Origin: Candidatus Latescibacterota bacterium
Lineage (GTDB): Bacteria; Latescibacterota; UBA2968
NCBI GenBank assembly: GCA_965204375.1
Contig: OZ241986.1
Coordinates: forward strand, 160,001 to 224,000
Reading direction: 5' to 3'
Length of the DNA stretch: 64,000 nucleotides
The notes beneath the pieces were generated by a model. That model had not been told where the DNA came from and searched no databases. It saw only the letters and a program-made list of their open reading frames with translations. The position numbers were made by a program, and so were the translations under genes. Every line of letters begins with the position of its first letter. Within the stretch, counting starts at the first letter, position 1. Positions 11,825 to 22,122 of this stretch are shown here, in pieces.

Positions 11825-12422
11825 GCGGAAATTTCTCAGTGATCAGCATGATTGGCTTTTTATTGGCGAGTACCCTGTAGGTGCGGCTGAGTAGTGGTTC
11901 TCCTTCAAGATGCGCGATGGCTTCCGGCAAATCTCGTGCGGTTTCACAGCAGCACCACAATAATTCACGGCGGGTTTCCAGTCCGCTGTTTTGCAGAATT
12001 CCTCCCAATCCCGCAGGATCTGATTCCAATCCGTCCAGAATGCCTTTTGGCAAGTGTTGTGGTACAATTAGAGACGTAGCATATGCCTGAATTTTCGGCA
12101 TGTAGTTGTCTGTTGAGGGTGTTTGTAGTACTACTTGTCGCGCGATGACAGGTGCCCCTGATGACAGCTCGAGCCAGATATGCCTGGTGCAGAGTGTCTG
12201 TTTCGCCTGGTGGAGGAGCACGACTTCCACCGGTGCGAGTGTATAGGCTTCGATGAGTCTTGTGACGGTTCCGTCGGTGACGATCAATGCCCTCTGAAAT
12301 GGCGTTAACTGCGAGATGTTGATTTCTCTCGACATCGCTGGCCTTTCAGCCTGTGCGATAAATATATTTTTTACGTGTGTGTCAATAAAGGTTGTTGAAT
12401 TGAAAATTGGATCTGTCTTCAT
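11805..12422 (-). CDS. Chorismate pyruvate-lyase-like (DUF98/UbiC-related) protein
   Basis: QRALIVTDGTVTRLIEA, RQVVL, AYATSLI, LSRTY, PIMLITEKFP. AAAGGA RBS precedes ATG 12422. Confidence 0.7.
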   Translation of the reverse strand: MKTDPIFNSTTFIDTHVKNIFIAQAERPAMSREINISQLTPFQRALIVTDGTVTRLIEAYTLAPVEVVLLHQAKQTLCTRHIWLELSSGAPVIARQVVLQTPSTDNYMPKIQAYATSLIVPQHLPKGILDGLESDPAGLGGILQNSGLETRRELLWCCCETARDLPEAIAHLEGEPLLSRTYRVLANKKPIMLITEKFPLREEAH

Positions 12423-12508
12423 CGAGCTATTGTCCTTTCGTATATACAGTCGTTGTGTAACGCAGATGCACTTTATACACATAAGAACAAAAAAAGTTCT
12501 TTGAAACA

Positions 12509-12537
12509 TTGCATGTGTGATTCTAATCCGTTATGTT
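12509..12537 (+). promoter_or_regulatory. Putative sigma70 promoter of the AAA-ATPase gene
   Basis: TTGCAT-N17-TATGTT; conserved in the duplicate copy at 25438-25466. Confidence 0.5.
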
Positions 12538-12602
12538 GTGAAAGCCCAAGGACGCCATTCGACATTATATCCGGGCACATTGAACCGTTTTTGGAGGTCT
12601 CT

Positions 12603-14351
12603 ATGTCCGTATCTTATCCCCGCATTCCCTACGGTTGGGCCGATTTTAAGGCTATTCGGTTGGAGAACCGCCTCTACGTGGATAAAACCCGGTTTGTCCG
12701 CGAGTTGGAGCAGGAACGCTATGCTTTTCTGATTCGTCCCCGTCGCTTTGGCAAGACGTGCTGGGTGTCTCTGCTGGAGAACTACTACGACCGCAACCGG
12801 GGCGACGCATTTGAAGCTGTTTTTGAAGGCACGGATATTGGTCGGCAACCTACCGAGAACCGCCATCGCTACGTCATCCTGCGCTTTAATTTTTCGATGT
12901 TCGACGATGCGTTAGAAACTTTGCAACAACGCTTTGAAACCTATTGTCATCTCGTACTCAGTCATGCACTGGGTCGGAATCGAGATCTGTTTTCTGAAGA
13001 AGCGACTGAGCGCATCCTTTCACTGCCTTCCATTGATGCCAAGCTCTCTGAATTGTTCCTGTACGCCAGTGACCAGGGCATTCCGCTATACGCGCTTATT
13101 GACGAGTACGACAACTTCGCCAACACGGTGTTGGCGCATCACGGTCAGGTGGCATACCAGTCGTTTACGCATGGCAGCGGGTTCTTTCGCAATTTTTTTG
13201 CCACGCTGAAAGGAGGAACAGAACAGAGCGACGGAGGATTGGAGCGGCTGTTCATTACGGGCGTGTCGCCGATTACGATGGACGACGTGACCAGTGGGTT
13301 CAACATTGGCAAGAATATCAGCCTGGATCCAGCGTTCAATGAGATGCTCGGCTTTACCGAGGAAGAGGTGCGAAGTCTGCTGGTGATGTACCGGGATTGC
13401 GGCGTGTTAGATCGGGATGTAGATACCGTGCTGGGCACTATGCGGGAATGGTACAACGGCTATCGGTTCGCAGAGGCGGCAACCGTCGATATGCACAATA
13501 CCGACATGGTGCTCTATTACCTGGATCACGCCATTCCGAACCGCTCTGGACCTCGTGATCTGATCGATACCAACGTCCGCATTGACTACGGCAAGTTGCG
13601 CCATCTGCTGGTGACCGGGCGGCGTCTAAACGGAAATTTCGACCTGCTGAGGCATGTCATTGCCAATGGCGAGGTAGATACCCGCATTCAATCCAGCTTT
13701 CCCCTGAAGAATCTGGGTCAGCGCGAGAATTTTCTCTCACTGCTGTATTACTTTGGCCTGTTGAGCATTCGCGATCTATCGGAAGGCCTGCCCTGTCTGG
13801 GGATTCCCAATCAGACGGTGAAGCGGCTGATGTACGGTTACTTGCGCGAGGGCTACGACGACATGGGGGTGTTCTCGGTAGATTTTTACGATTTTGAGCA
13901 GCTAACGCACGAGATGGCCTACCGGGGCGCGTGGCGGCCTGTGGTGGACTATCTGAGCGATGCGGTGGACAGGCAGACGGGGATCAGGGATTACATTGAT
14001 GGAGAGAAGGTGGTGCAGTCTTTTTTTGCGGCGTATTTTGGTCTGACGGATTACTTTGTGCTGCACTCAGAGGTGGAATTGAACAAGGGCTATGCAGATA
14101 TCTACCTGGAGCCGTTTTGGGCACAGCATCCGGGCATGCGTTGTGGCTATGTGATTGAACTGAAGTATCTGAGTCGCAGTGAGCATCTGGACGAGTCCGT
14201 TGTGTCGGCGAAAATACAGGAGGCCGTGCGCCAGTTGCGCGGCTACTTGTCAGACGAAGGCTTGCGTCGTCGTCATCCATCTGTGCGACACATCGGTCTG
14301 GCGATCGTGTTTCACGGCTGGGAAATGGCGGCTTGCGAGGCGGTATGTTGA
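12603..14351 (+). CDS. AAA-ATPase-like protein with C-terminal PD-(D/E)XK nuclease domain
   Basis: IPYGxADF, YVDKT, RPRRFGKT, LIDEYDNF, FITGVSP, SGFNI, WYNGYRF; C-terminal GYADIYL...VIELKY. GGAGG RBS. Confidence 0.88.
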   Translation: MSVSYPRIPYGWADFKAIRLENRLYVDKTRFVRELEQERYAFLIRPRRFGKTCWVSLLENYYDRNRGDAFEAVFEGTDIGRQPTENRHRYVILRFNFSMFDDALETLQQRFETYCHLVLSHALGRNRDLFSEEATERILSLPSIDAKLSELFLYASDQGIPLYALIDEYDNFANTVLAHHGQVAYQSFTHGSGFFRNFFATLKGGTEQSDGGLERLFITGVSPITMDDVTSGFNIGKNISLDPAFNEMLGFTEEEVRSLLVMYRDCGVLDRDVDTVLGTMREWYNGYRFAEAATVDMHNTDMVLYYLDHAIPNRSGPRDLIDTNVRIDYGKLRHLLVTGRRLNGNFDLLRHVIANGEVDTRIQSSFPLKNLGQRENFLSLLYYFGLLSIRDLSEGLPCLGIPNQTVKRLMYGYLREGYDDMGVFSVDFYDFEQLTHEMAYRGAWRPVVDYLSDAVDRQTGIRDYIDGEKVVQSFFAAYFGLTDYFVLHSEVELNKGYADIYLEPFWAQHPGMRCGYVIELKYLSRSEHLDESVVSAKIQEAVRQLRGYLSDEGLRRRHPSVRHIGLAIVFHGWEMAACEAVC

Positions 14352-14398
14352 GGGTGATATTTAAAGGCCGTATTTGTAGTGCTCCAACAGTGGTTAAA

Positions 14399-14434
14399 TA
14401 AAAAGCCCGATCTCGGTATAAGGTCGGGCTTTTT
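14399..14434. terminator. Bidirectional terminator between the AAA-ATPase gene and the CRISPR trailer
   Basis: AAAAGCCCGATCT-loop-AGGTCGGGCTTTTT. Confidence 0.8.
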
Positions 14435-14439
14435 AAATT

Positions 14440-17009
14440 GCTTCAATTCCATAGTGGTTCGATTAGAAGGGTTTAAGGTCAACCACGCTCTAATTTCTCA
14501 AGCCTGTTTCAATTCCATAGTGGTTCGATTAGAAGCTTTTGTGTGACGTTGCGGGAAAAGTCCCTCAACTCAGTTTCAATTCTATAGTGGTTCGATTAGA
14601 AGTTGTCTGTTTTTGTTCCCGTCCTCTGTCCTGCTTGTGTTTCAATTCCATAGTGGTTCGATTAGAAGGTGGCGTAGGCATATTGGTGGGGTCTATCGGT
14701 GCGCCGTTTCAATTCCATAGTGGTTCGATTAGAAGATTGCCTGAAGCATATCAAAGCAGACCTTGATACAAGTTTCAATTCCATAGTGGTTCGATTAGAA
14801 GGCATTCATACCATATCGCTGAAAGAGCGTCATCATCGGTTTCAATTCCATAGTGGTTCGATTAGAAGAATGCGATACCTATTCGCACCTTGTCGGGAAA
14901 GACGAGTTTCAATTCCATAGTGGTTCGATTAGAAGCTTATTTCGGGGTATTTTTCATCGCTGAAGTCCACGCGTTTCAATTCCATAGTGGTTCGATTAGA
15001 AGCCAACGCAACAACTGTGACCTTCGACGTTGCAACCGTGTTTCAATTCCATAGTGGTTCGATTAGAAGCATCAGACCTCGAGTTCAACTTTAGGCTCTC
15101 GGAATTGTTTCAATTCCATAGTGGTTCGATTAGAAGTGCGATCAGGGAGCAGACGAATGCGTTTCTCGCGCAAGTTTCAATTCCATAGTGGTTCGATTAG
15201 AAGAACTGAAGATGCACTTGCCAATATCGAAAAGGAATTGTTTCAATTCCATAGTGGTTCGATTAGAAGCTGCGCTTGCGCTCTCGGTTGATAACGCGCG
15301 AAAGACAGGTTTCAATTCCATAGTGGTTCGATTAGAAGAAAATGGGGGGGTGCGGGCGCCGCCGCAGCATCTCCGTTTCAATTCCATAGTGGTTCGATTA
15401 GAAGTAAAAGACAGTGAGCCGCTCGTTGTGATGCGCGGTGGTTTCAATTCCATAGTGGTTCGATTAGAAGCCTTGTCGCCAGCTTCTGCACGCACCACCA
15501 AATCTGCGTTTCAATTCCATAGTGGTTCGATTAGAAGTAACTCTCGTCTTTGTTAAACCGCCATCCGGGAGACTTGTTTCAATTCCATAGTGGTTCGATT
15601 AGAAGAAACAGCCCACGCGCCCAAATCCGTGATCGTATAGGTTTCAATTCCATAGTGGTTCGATTAGAAGTCCAGCGCGTGACCATTCTCAGCGCGTCTG
15701 TCATTGTTTCAATTCCATAGTGGTTCGATTAGAAGTCAAAAAGAAAAAGTCGCTGGCGAGACGCGGATTCCAGGTTTCAATTCCATAGTGGTTCGATTAG
15801 AAGTGCCAGCGGCAAGGCAGTGACTGCGACTGCGAACAATGTTTCAATTCCATAGTGGTTCGATTAGAAGCAAATCGGGAGTTGCCGATGTGACGAGATT
15901 AATCGGTTTCAATTCCATAGTGGTTCGATTAGAAGGGTCTCCGTGTACTCCCCAAGGGGATTCGGTAACGGGGTTTCAATTCCATAGTGGTTCGATTAGA
16001 AGATTGTACATCATCTGCGCCATCACTTCATACTCCGCCGTTTCAATTCCATAGTGGTTCGATTAGAAGCTCGAATATCCAGAATGGGGTACAGAGAATC
16101 AAGCATGTTTCAATTCCATAGTGGTTCGATTAGAAGGCGTTTTAAGAACGGCGTGCAAAACCGGGTCTGCACATGTTTCAATTCCATAGTGGTTCGATTA
16201 GAAGTTGCATCTGTTGCTCGTGATTCAGTGTGCGCGTAAACGTTTCAATTCCATAGTGGTTCGATTAGAAGTTTGCCGTCGTCACCAACGGTAACTTTTC
16301 CAAAATATGTTTCAATTCCATAGTGGTTCGATTAGAAGTGCCGCAATGGGACAACTGTTTCGAGATCGGAAGCCATGTTTCAATTCCATAGTGGTTCGAT
16401 TAGAAGTTTCCTTCTCCGGCTGGAGGACTATTTCCATATCGTCGTTTCAATTCCATAGTGGTTCGATTAGAAGACCATATTCTGATGAACCAAAAGCGGC
16501 TTATTCCAAGTTTCAATTCCATAGTGGTTCGATTAGAAGAAAACGGTTTGCTCGAATGCCTGTTCTGTGAATGCAAGTTTCAATTCCATAGTGGTTCGAT
16601 TAGAAGGGCGACCCTGCCGATCTGTTAGTGCAGTCGCCAACCAGGTTTCAATTCCATAGTGGTTCGATTAGAAGTCAGACGTTTTTCGACTTCTCCCGGT
16701 CGGTATCACATGTTTCAATTCCATAGTGGTTCGATTAGAAGCGGCTCGGTGCGGGGAAGAACCTGACTGCAAAACAAAGTTTCAATTCCATAGTGGTTCG
16801 ATTAGAAGGCTACAAGGGGCTACAAGGGGCTATACGGGCTACGTAGGTTTCAATTCCATAGTGGTTCGATTAGAAGGCTCCGCCCGACCCCGCCGTTGTC
16901 GGGTTTTTCGTATGTTTCAATTCCATAGTGGTTCGATTAGAAGAGCTATTTGTAGCCCCTTTGGGCCGCCTTATTCGCTGTTTCAATTCCATAGTGGTTC
17001 GATTAGAAG
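14440..17009 (-). CRISPR. CRISPR array, 39 repeats / 38 spacers (35-39 bp)
   Basis: 30-bp repeat GTTTCAATTCCATAGTGGTTCGATTAGAAG, i.e. CTTCTAATCGAACCACTATGGAATTGAAAC on the minus strand with the typical I-B ATTGAAAC end. Variant repeats at 14440 and 14573 mark the trailer; an AT-rich leader lies next to cas2. Confidence 0.98.
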
Positions 17010-17238
17010 ACCGGAAAATCAGCACTAAAATTTATATATATCTGGGAAGAATACAATCTCAAGAAGCGACATCGTTTTTATTTAAAATGACTATATTTCA
17101 AAAGGTTATAACCCCAAAATTATTATCTGAAGACGTTATCGGAAATCCGCATAAATTCAGTAAGGAAAAATGAAATTGTCGTCAACCTCCAGTTGTGTAA
17201 AATCCCCGGGATATCGACGACAAATTTAGCACTTCCCA
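17010..17238 (-). promoter_or_regulatory. CRISPR leader
   Basis: AT-rich non-coding stretch between cas2 and the first repeat; inverted repeat TTGTCGTC (17176-17183)...GACGACAA (17216-17223). Confidence 0.8.
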
Positions 17239-17502
17239 TTACAACAGATTTGTCACTGGATTTTTATCTACGCCCAGCACCTCTTTATTCATCCACCTTT
17301 TGTGACGCATTTGATAGATAAGCACGGAGTCCTTGCCTTCGTCAAGTATCTGTACCAAACTCGATTTTATTTGTGCAACCCCTGCTTTGGTCACTTCACC
17401 TTCAAAAACAGAATTTTGTACCCAGTTGAGGTGTTGGCGCAAATATTTGCATACTTTCCCAACGCGTTTTACTCCAACATCATAAACAACAATGACATAC
17501 AT
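17239..17502 (-). CDS. cas2: CRISPR-associated endonuclease Cas2
   Basis: YVIVVYDV, LNWVQNSVFEGE, DSVLIY. Confidence 0.95.
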   Translation of the reverse strand: MYVIVVYDVGVKRVGKVCKYLRQHLNWVQNSVFEGEVTKAGVAQIKSSLVQILDEGKDSVLIYQMRHKRWMNKEVLGVDKNPVTNLL

Positions 17503-17555
17503 CACTCACCCTCCATTTTTTGTAGTTGAATTGAGCATCGACAATACCTCCAATT

Positions 17556-18551
17556 TTACCACCAGGCTCTAAATGCTCGATAGGTTTCCATACCTGTCAG
17601 ATGCTTGATTAACTTGTAGCATTCGAGGCGAATCAGCCGCTGGTAAGACACTTTGCGTCTCAATTTTCGATGTGAAATTGTCTGCTGAAGTTGCGTATCA
17701 AAGGTTTGGAGAAAGAGGCGTCTTCCCGTTTCATTGAGGTAGCAGGCGTTCAGTTCAGTGCTAAAATGTTTGGTTTCATCTAACTGCCTGCGATTGAACA
17801 GGCGAAAAAGGACGCGATCGACGATAATAGGTTTGAAAATTTCTGCCAGATCCAGGCTTAGAGAAAAGCGACGTTCCCCCGGTTCATGCAGGAAGCTGAT
17901 TGTCGGATTTAGTTGCGTCCGATAGATTTCGGTTAAACATGCTGTGTACATCAGCGAATTGCCAAATGAAATAACAGCATTGATCGGGTTATCAGGTGGT
18001 CGTCGAACCCGTTGTTCATAGGCAGTCTTCAAGTCCAGGATAGCGTTGAGTGCCGAGTAGTAGGTTTCGCGGATGTTGCCCTCCAATCCCATCAATGCGC
18101 CCGGACTTTTGGCATTTGATATGTTCTTTGCCATAGATTTGATGGTAGCAATCTGCATATCGCAGTCTCTACCTCGATTAGCATAATAGCGCAGATTCCG
18201 CAAAATGTTATCTGCCGACGCTGAAACGAACTCGCGGGCAATGGGTAAGCGTTTGGTTTTTCGTTCATAATGCTGAACCTGCTTAACGGTCAAGAAACCA
18301 GAGTTGAGATATTCACGCGGATAATATGTACCAGAGTAATAGCCATAGTAGTTGAAAACATGAACGGGCACCTGCTTTTGCGCCATGTAGTTGAGAAGCC
18401 GTGTGTTTAGATCCAGTTCTCCATAGAGGTAGAATGCATCGATATCCTCAACCGGAATGGGTACCCGCGAATTGTCTTCCTTTTCAAGATAAACGGTGTT
18501 GTCTTTGCGGCGCAATCTACCAGAGTAGTTAATGTAGTAATTTCGAGGCAT
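17556..18551 (-). CDS. cas1: CRISPR-associated endonuclease Cas1 (type I-B)
   Basis: GRLRRKDNT, FNYYGYYSGTYYPRE, LMGLEGNIR, RPPDNPINAVISFGNSLMY, SFLHEPGERRFSLSLDLAEIFKP. Confidence 0.97.
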   Translation of the reverse strand: MPRNYYINYSGRLRRKDNTVYLEKEDNSRVPIPVEDIDAFYLYGELDLNTRLLNYMAQKQVPVHVFNYYGYYSGTYYPREYLNSGFLTVKQVQHYERKTKRLPIAREFVSASADNILRNLRYYANRGRDCDMQIATIKSMAKNISNAKSPGALMGLEGNIRETYYSALNAILDLKTAYEQRVRRPPDNPINAVISFGNSLMYTACLTEIYRTQLNPTISFLHEPGERRFSLSLDLAEIFKPIIVDRVLFRLFNRRQLDETKHFSTELNACYLNETGRRLFLQTFDTQLQQTISHRKLRRKVSYQRLIRLECYKLIKHLTGMETYRAFRAWW

Positions 18552-18627
18552 CGGGCATTCCTCACTTAACAGGGCGATTTTTTGAGCATTGCAAGTCCGG
18601 ATACAGAGTCAACCATCACGCTTCCTG

Positions 18628-19143
18628 CTAACTCCAACACAATTCCATATAGCTGCAGGATTTACAAATTTTCATAAACGCTGCATCTGGGGGCGTTGGT
18701 AGATGGGAAATTTTTTTTGCATCCTCTATTGCCGCCTCAACTTCGCGCTCTTTCTCCGGTGTCAATTCAATCTCCCGGGTTCTCCGTTGGCGTGGATAGT
18801 TAATCATCCCTTTTCGATTCCGAAACCCTTTTTGTTTAAGCAGGTAGAGATAGTAGAGAATTTGCATTTCGTGTGCTTTTTCCATTGCTTTACCCGACTT
18901 CACATCATGTAGAATGCCGTCTCTATCGATAAAGTCAATGCGAATGAGGTCGTCAATCAGGCGTTCCTTGCGTTTTTCCCGACTGTAGCTTTGCTCATGC
19001 AACAGTTGTCCCATAGAAACGAGGTCTGAAGTGTGCTCCATCTCAATGTGATTTTGAAAAAACCACAGTTTTCGCGGACATACAAAAAGGTAGTTGATCG
19101 CCGTGCCAGTAACGCGAGCTTCAGTAAGGTCCTGGATTTGCAT
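18628..19143 (-). CDS. cas4: CRISPR-associated protein Cas4
   Basis: TGTAINYLFVCPRKLWF, IDFID, DVKS, HEMQILYYLY, CKSCSYMELCW (Fe-S cysteines). Confidence 0.95.
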   Translation of the reverse strand: MQIQDLTEARVTGTAINYLFVCPRKLWFFQNHIEMEHTSDLVSMGQLLHEQSYSREKRKERLIDDLIRIDFIDRDGILHDVKSGKAMEKAHEMQILYYLYLLKQKGFRNRKGMINYPRQRRTREIELTPEKEREVEAAIEDAKKISHLPTPPDAAFMKICKSCSYMELCWS

Positions 19144-19257
19144 GGATACTTTCTCCTTATAGTATGTTCGAGGGCTTTTCTAATTCTAATTCAAGCTCAA
19201 TATCGAATGTGTAGTCTGTGTTAATTTTTGTAAATGTCATCCGAGACAAAAATCCCT

Positions 19258-21486
19258 TTACAACACATTCTCTGCCAACTCATCAAGTAATAATCCACGC
19301 TCACTATCGTATTGGACACGCACAAACCACTGCCCTTCCTGCTTGTATAATTGCCCTTCCTCCTGGAGTCGTGCAAACTGTTGCTCAGAAATTGAAGTAC
19401 TGTAAGCCATTGCCTCGTAAAATTCCCTTGATTGGATGTATTCCAGAAATTTTTTTTCGTAGGCGGAAGGAATCACTTCGATACTCTTAAAAAGTCCGGT
19501 AAATTCCTCGCGCCCCGACGAATCTTCAATGAATGGTACAATGTTTTGCAGATGTTGGCTGAAGAGGTTCTTAGCGTTATCGAATGTTTCTTGTTCCTTT
19601 ACGTCGTAGCCATTACCGTAAACCGCATCAATGAGGTACTGAACCTTCGATTCGTACAAGATATCAACTTCGGCAAATGCTCTAAGTGTCTGTTTCACAC
19701 GCTCGGAGGGATAGATGTATTTGTCGTTCTCCCCACCTTCTCGGCAGATGCATACATCACAGATACCCTTCTTGCGTGTACGATTCACACGACCAAATCG
19801 CTGTATCAGTGCATCAATGGGAGCAGGTTCAGAAAATAGTACATCAAAGTCAATATCCAGTGAGACTTCGACTGCTTGCGTCCCAACGAGCAGGTCTGCC
19901 TCTGTCAGATCTTTCTCAATTCGCTCACGGTCTCGAAGAATAAAACGGCTGTGGAGTAGTTGCGGATCGGTAGTCATCTGTTGTAATTTCTCAAAGACCT
20001 TCTGTGCCTGTTTGACAGTGTTGCACACGACTAATACCCGTTGCTTATCCTTCAATCGCTTGATGATAATTGGAATGGCGTCAAGGATTCCACCGTCAAG
20101 CAGTCGGACGCGATGACGAGTAAATTCATCTCTTTTTGCAGAAGACATTTCAACTTCAGTAACTTCACCAATCGCACTCAGGAACATCTCTTTGAGGAAT
20201 CTCGGCATTGTCGCAGTCATGATGCAAAATTGCGAACCGTACTCACGATAGAGCCGTTCAACCATCGTCAAAATCAGTGCGGTTGTATGTGGGTCATAGG
20301 CATGAATTTCATCGAAGATGAATAGGCTGCCCGCCATCTCTGCGAATTGCATCTCGAAACCGCTCATACCGAAAAAGGCTTTGAGCAATTGAAACGGTGT
20401 CAGAACTTTGTATGGTCGATAAATTTTGCGCGTCAGGTCTTGGATTTTGCGGGCTTCTGCTTTTGCTTTATTCGGCGTGTATTCTTTATCTACCATTGAG
20501 CGATAAAGAAAATAACTCGCCTTCCCGTGCAACAATCCGATGCGGTCTTCCGAGACGAGATTGATCAGGCGGTTGTACATCGCGTTTATGCTCGCGGTGT
20601 AGGGCAGAACATAAAACACGCGCCGTCCTAAAGATTTATTCTCATTAGCACTTGACCAGAGCATCGCTGCTTCCGTCTTGCCAGAGCCAGTTGGTGCCGA
20701 AAGCATCAGATGTCCAGACGTTTTTGAAGCAGAATTTTGGAAATCATCCCAACCTCGAAAAATTCGCCCTTTTTGATCGATTTCTCTGAGAAGATGTCGC
20801 CTCAAATTATCGAGAGCGCGGTAAATCGTCGTTTGTCCCGCCGAGGCCAGATGGTCACACGCAATCATACAACCTCGCAGCAGCATACCATAACGACCAT
20901 GCAATGCCGTTAATTGTCCATCCTCAAAATCGTTAATATACGGCAAGAGAAAGTCTCGATATCCATTGATCAAACCATTGCGCGAGGACACGGGATCAAA
21001 ATGGCAATCCTCGTCCATATACCAGCGACAGACCTGTTCCTGAATCTGCATCAATGCATCCCAATTTGGGTCTAACTCCGCTATTCGAGATTGCCACGTT
21101 TGATAACCCGGATTTCGTGGTGGAAAGCAAGGGTATTGCGCCATCAAAGTATGAATATCTTTGTGATGCGTCAAAATCGCCAGCCCGATGGCTTGTTTTG
21201 TAACGGGGCGCAGACTCAGACCAACCACAAATCCCGCCGATAGAATTTCGTGACGATAGCCCCACTGTCGGGAATCCGCTTGAAGCTGTGCCTGAAATCC
21301 AGTTGCAGCTTTTCCAAAATCGTGAAGGGCAACAGTGTAAAACAGGTGATCGAAAAAATCTGGCTCACCTGAAATCTCAGCGATAAACGGCATCACCTCT
21401 CGCATGCAGAAATAGACAGAAAGACAATTCTCAGTATGTTCGACTAATGTTTCAGGTGGATCACTTTTGGCGAGCAGTTCTGTCAT
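19258..21486 (-). CDS. cas3: CRISPR-associated helicase/nuclease Cas3 (HD + SF2)
   Basis: LVEHT, LHDFGKA, ACDHLAS, APTGSGKTEA, IFDEIHAY, MTAT, QRFGRVNR. Confidence 0.96.
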   Translation of the reverse strand: MTELLAKSDPPETLVEHTENCLSVYFCMREVMPFIAEISGEPDFFDHLFYTVALHDFGKAATGFQAQLQADSRQWGYRHEILSAGFVVGLSLRPVTKQAIGLAILTHHKDIHTLMAQYPCFPPRNPGYQTWQSRIAELDPNWDALMQIQEQVCRWYMDEDCHFDPVSSRNGLINGYRDFLLPYINDFEDGQLTALHGRYGMLLRGCMIACDHLASAGQTTIYRALDNLRRHLLREIDQKGRIFRGWDDFQNSASKTSGHLMLSAPTGSGKTEAAMLWSSANENKSLGRRVFYVLPYTASINAMYNRLINLVSEDRIGLLHGKASYFLYRSMVDKEYTPNKAKAEARKIQDLTRKIYRPYKVLTPFQLLKAFFGMSGFEMQFAEMAGSLFIFDEIHAYDPHTTALILTMVERLYREYGSQFCIMTATMPRFLKEMFLSAIGEVTEVEMSSAKRDEFTRHRVRLLDGGILDAIPIIIKRLKDKQRVLVVCNTVKQAQKVFEKLQQMTTDPQLLHSRFILRDRERIEKDLTEADLLVGTQAVEVSLDIDFDVLFSEPAPIDALIQRFGRVNRTRKKGICDVCICREGGENDKYIYPSERVKQTLRAFAEVDILYESKVQYLIDAVYGNGYDVKEQETFDNAKNLFSQHLQNIVPFIEDSSGREEFTGLFKSIEVIPSAYEKKFLEYIQSREFYEAMAYSTSISEQQFARLQEEGQLYKQEGQWFVRVQYDSERGLLLDELAENVL

Positions 21487-21495
21487 AATACATCT

Positions 21496-22122
21496 CTAAT
21501 TTTCGTGTAAATACACACCCCATCGCATTTCCGAGTCTTGTAACGCCTCACCGCTATACGGTATCTGCTCTGTCAGCATGTAAAACGGACGAATGCCTTG
21601 CGGACGACGGGGACGTTCATCTGTAAAATGCGTTGGCAATGCTTGTATCTGACCGTAAATCTGCTCATTCGGAAACGGCAGAAGGGTGTCGCAATATGTG
21701 GTTTCAGGTACCTCTTCCAACTCAATCTCCGAAATTGACACAACCGTTGCCAATTCTGTCGAACGCCCTAACAGCAATGGATAATAGGGGGATTCAAGAT
21801 GCGGTCTTAGCCACATTGCAGGCGTGTAGAGATAAAGTTCTGGTGAAACGAGAAATTCTCGTTTGCAGACATTTGGTTTTGCCTTCAGGCGCGTCTGATC
21901 AAATTCGTACACCGTTTCCAAATCTACCGCTTTGCCTTGGCTTTGAAAGATAAACCCAACCGCTGCATCGTCAGGTGTAACCCAATCGCCTCGCGCTGCT
22001 GATAGCAAGCCATAGATAGTTGAAAGTGGTGGTACAGGGAGTGTGGGCTGGAATCCGCTGATAAACAACGGATTCCGAAAAGATGCGACCCATCCAGTGA
22101 TGTGAACGCGAAGGACTTTCAT
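21496..22122 (-). CDS. cas5: Type I-B Cas5
   Basis: ASFRNP, TLPVPPLSTIYGLLSAA, LLLGRSTELA. Confidence 0.93.
   Translation of the reverse strand: MKVLRVHITGWVASFRNPLFISGFQPTLPVPPLSTIYGLLSAARGDWVTPDDAAVGFIFQSQGKAVDLETVYEFDQTRLKAKPNVCKREFLVSPELYLYTPAMWLRPHLESPYYPLLLGRSTELATVVSISEIELEEVPETTYCDTLLPFPNEQIYGQIQALPTHFTDERPRRPQGIRPFYMLTEQIPYSGEALQDSEMRWGVYLHEN

Noticed and set aside
14470-16979. Self-targeting spacers
   Set aside because: None noticed by eye within the window; an exhaustive alignment was not possible, so none is claimed.
14539-17173. ORFs with repeated FNSIVVRLE / FQFHSGSIR / SNRTTMELK peptides
   Set aside because: These are translations of the CRISPR repeats.
17506-17555. Tiny ORF MLNSTTKNGG with GGAGG between cas1 and cas2
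   Set aside because: Only 10 codons and no independent support.
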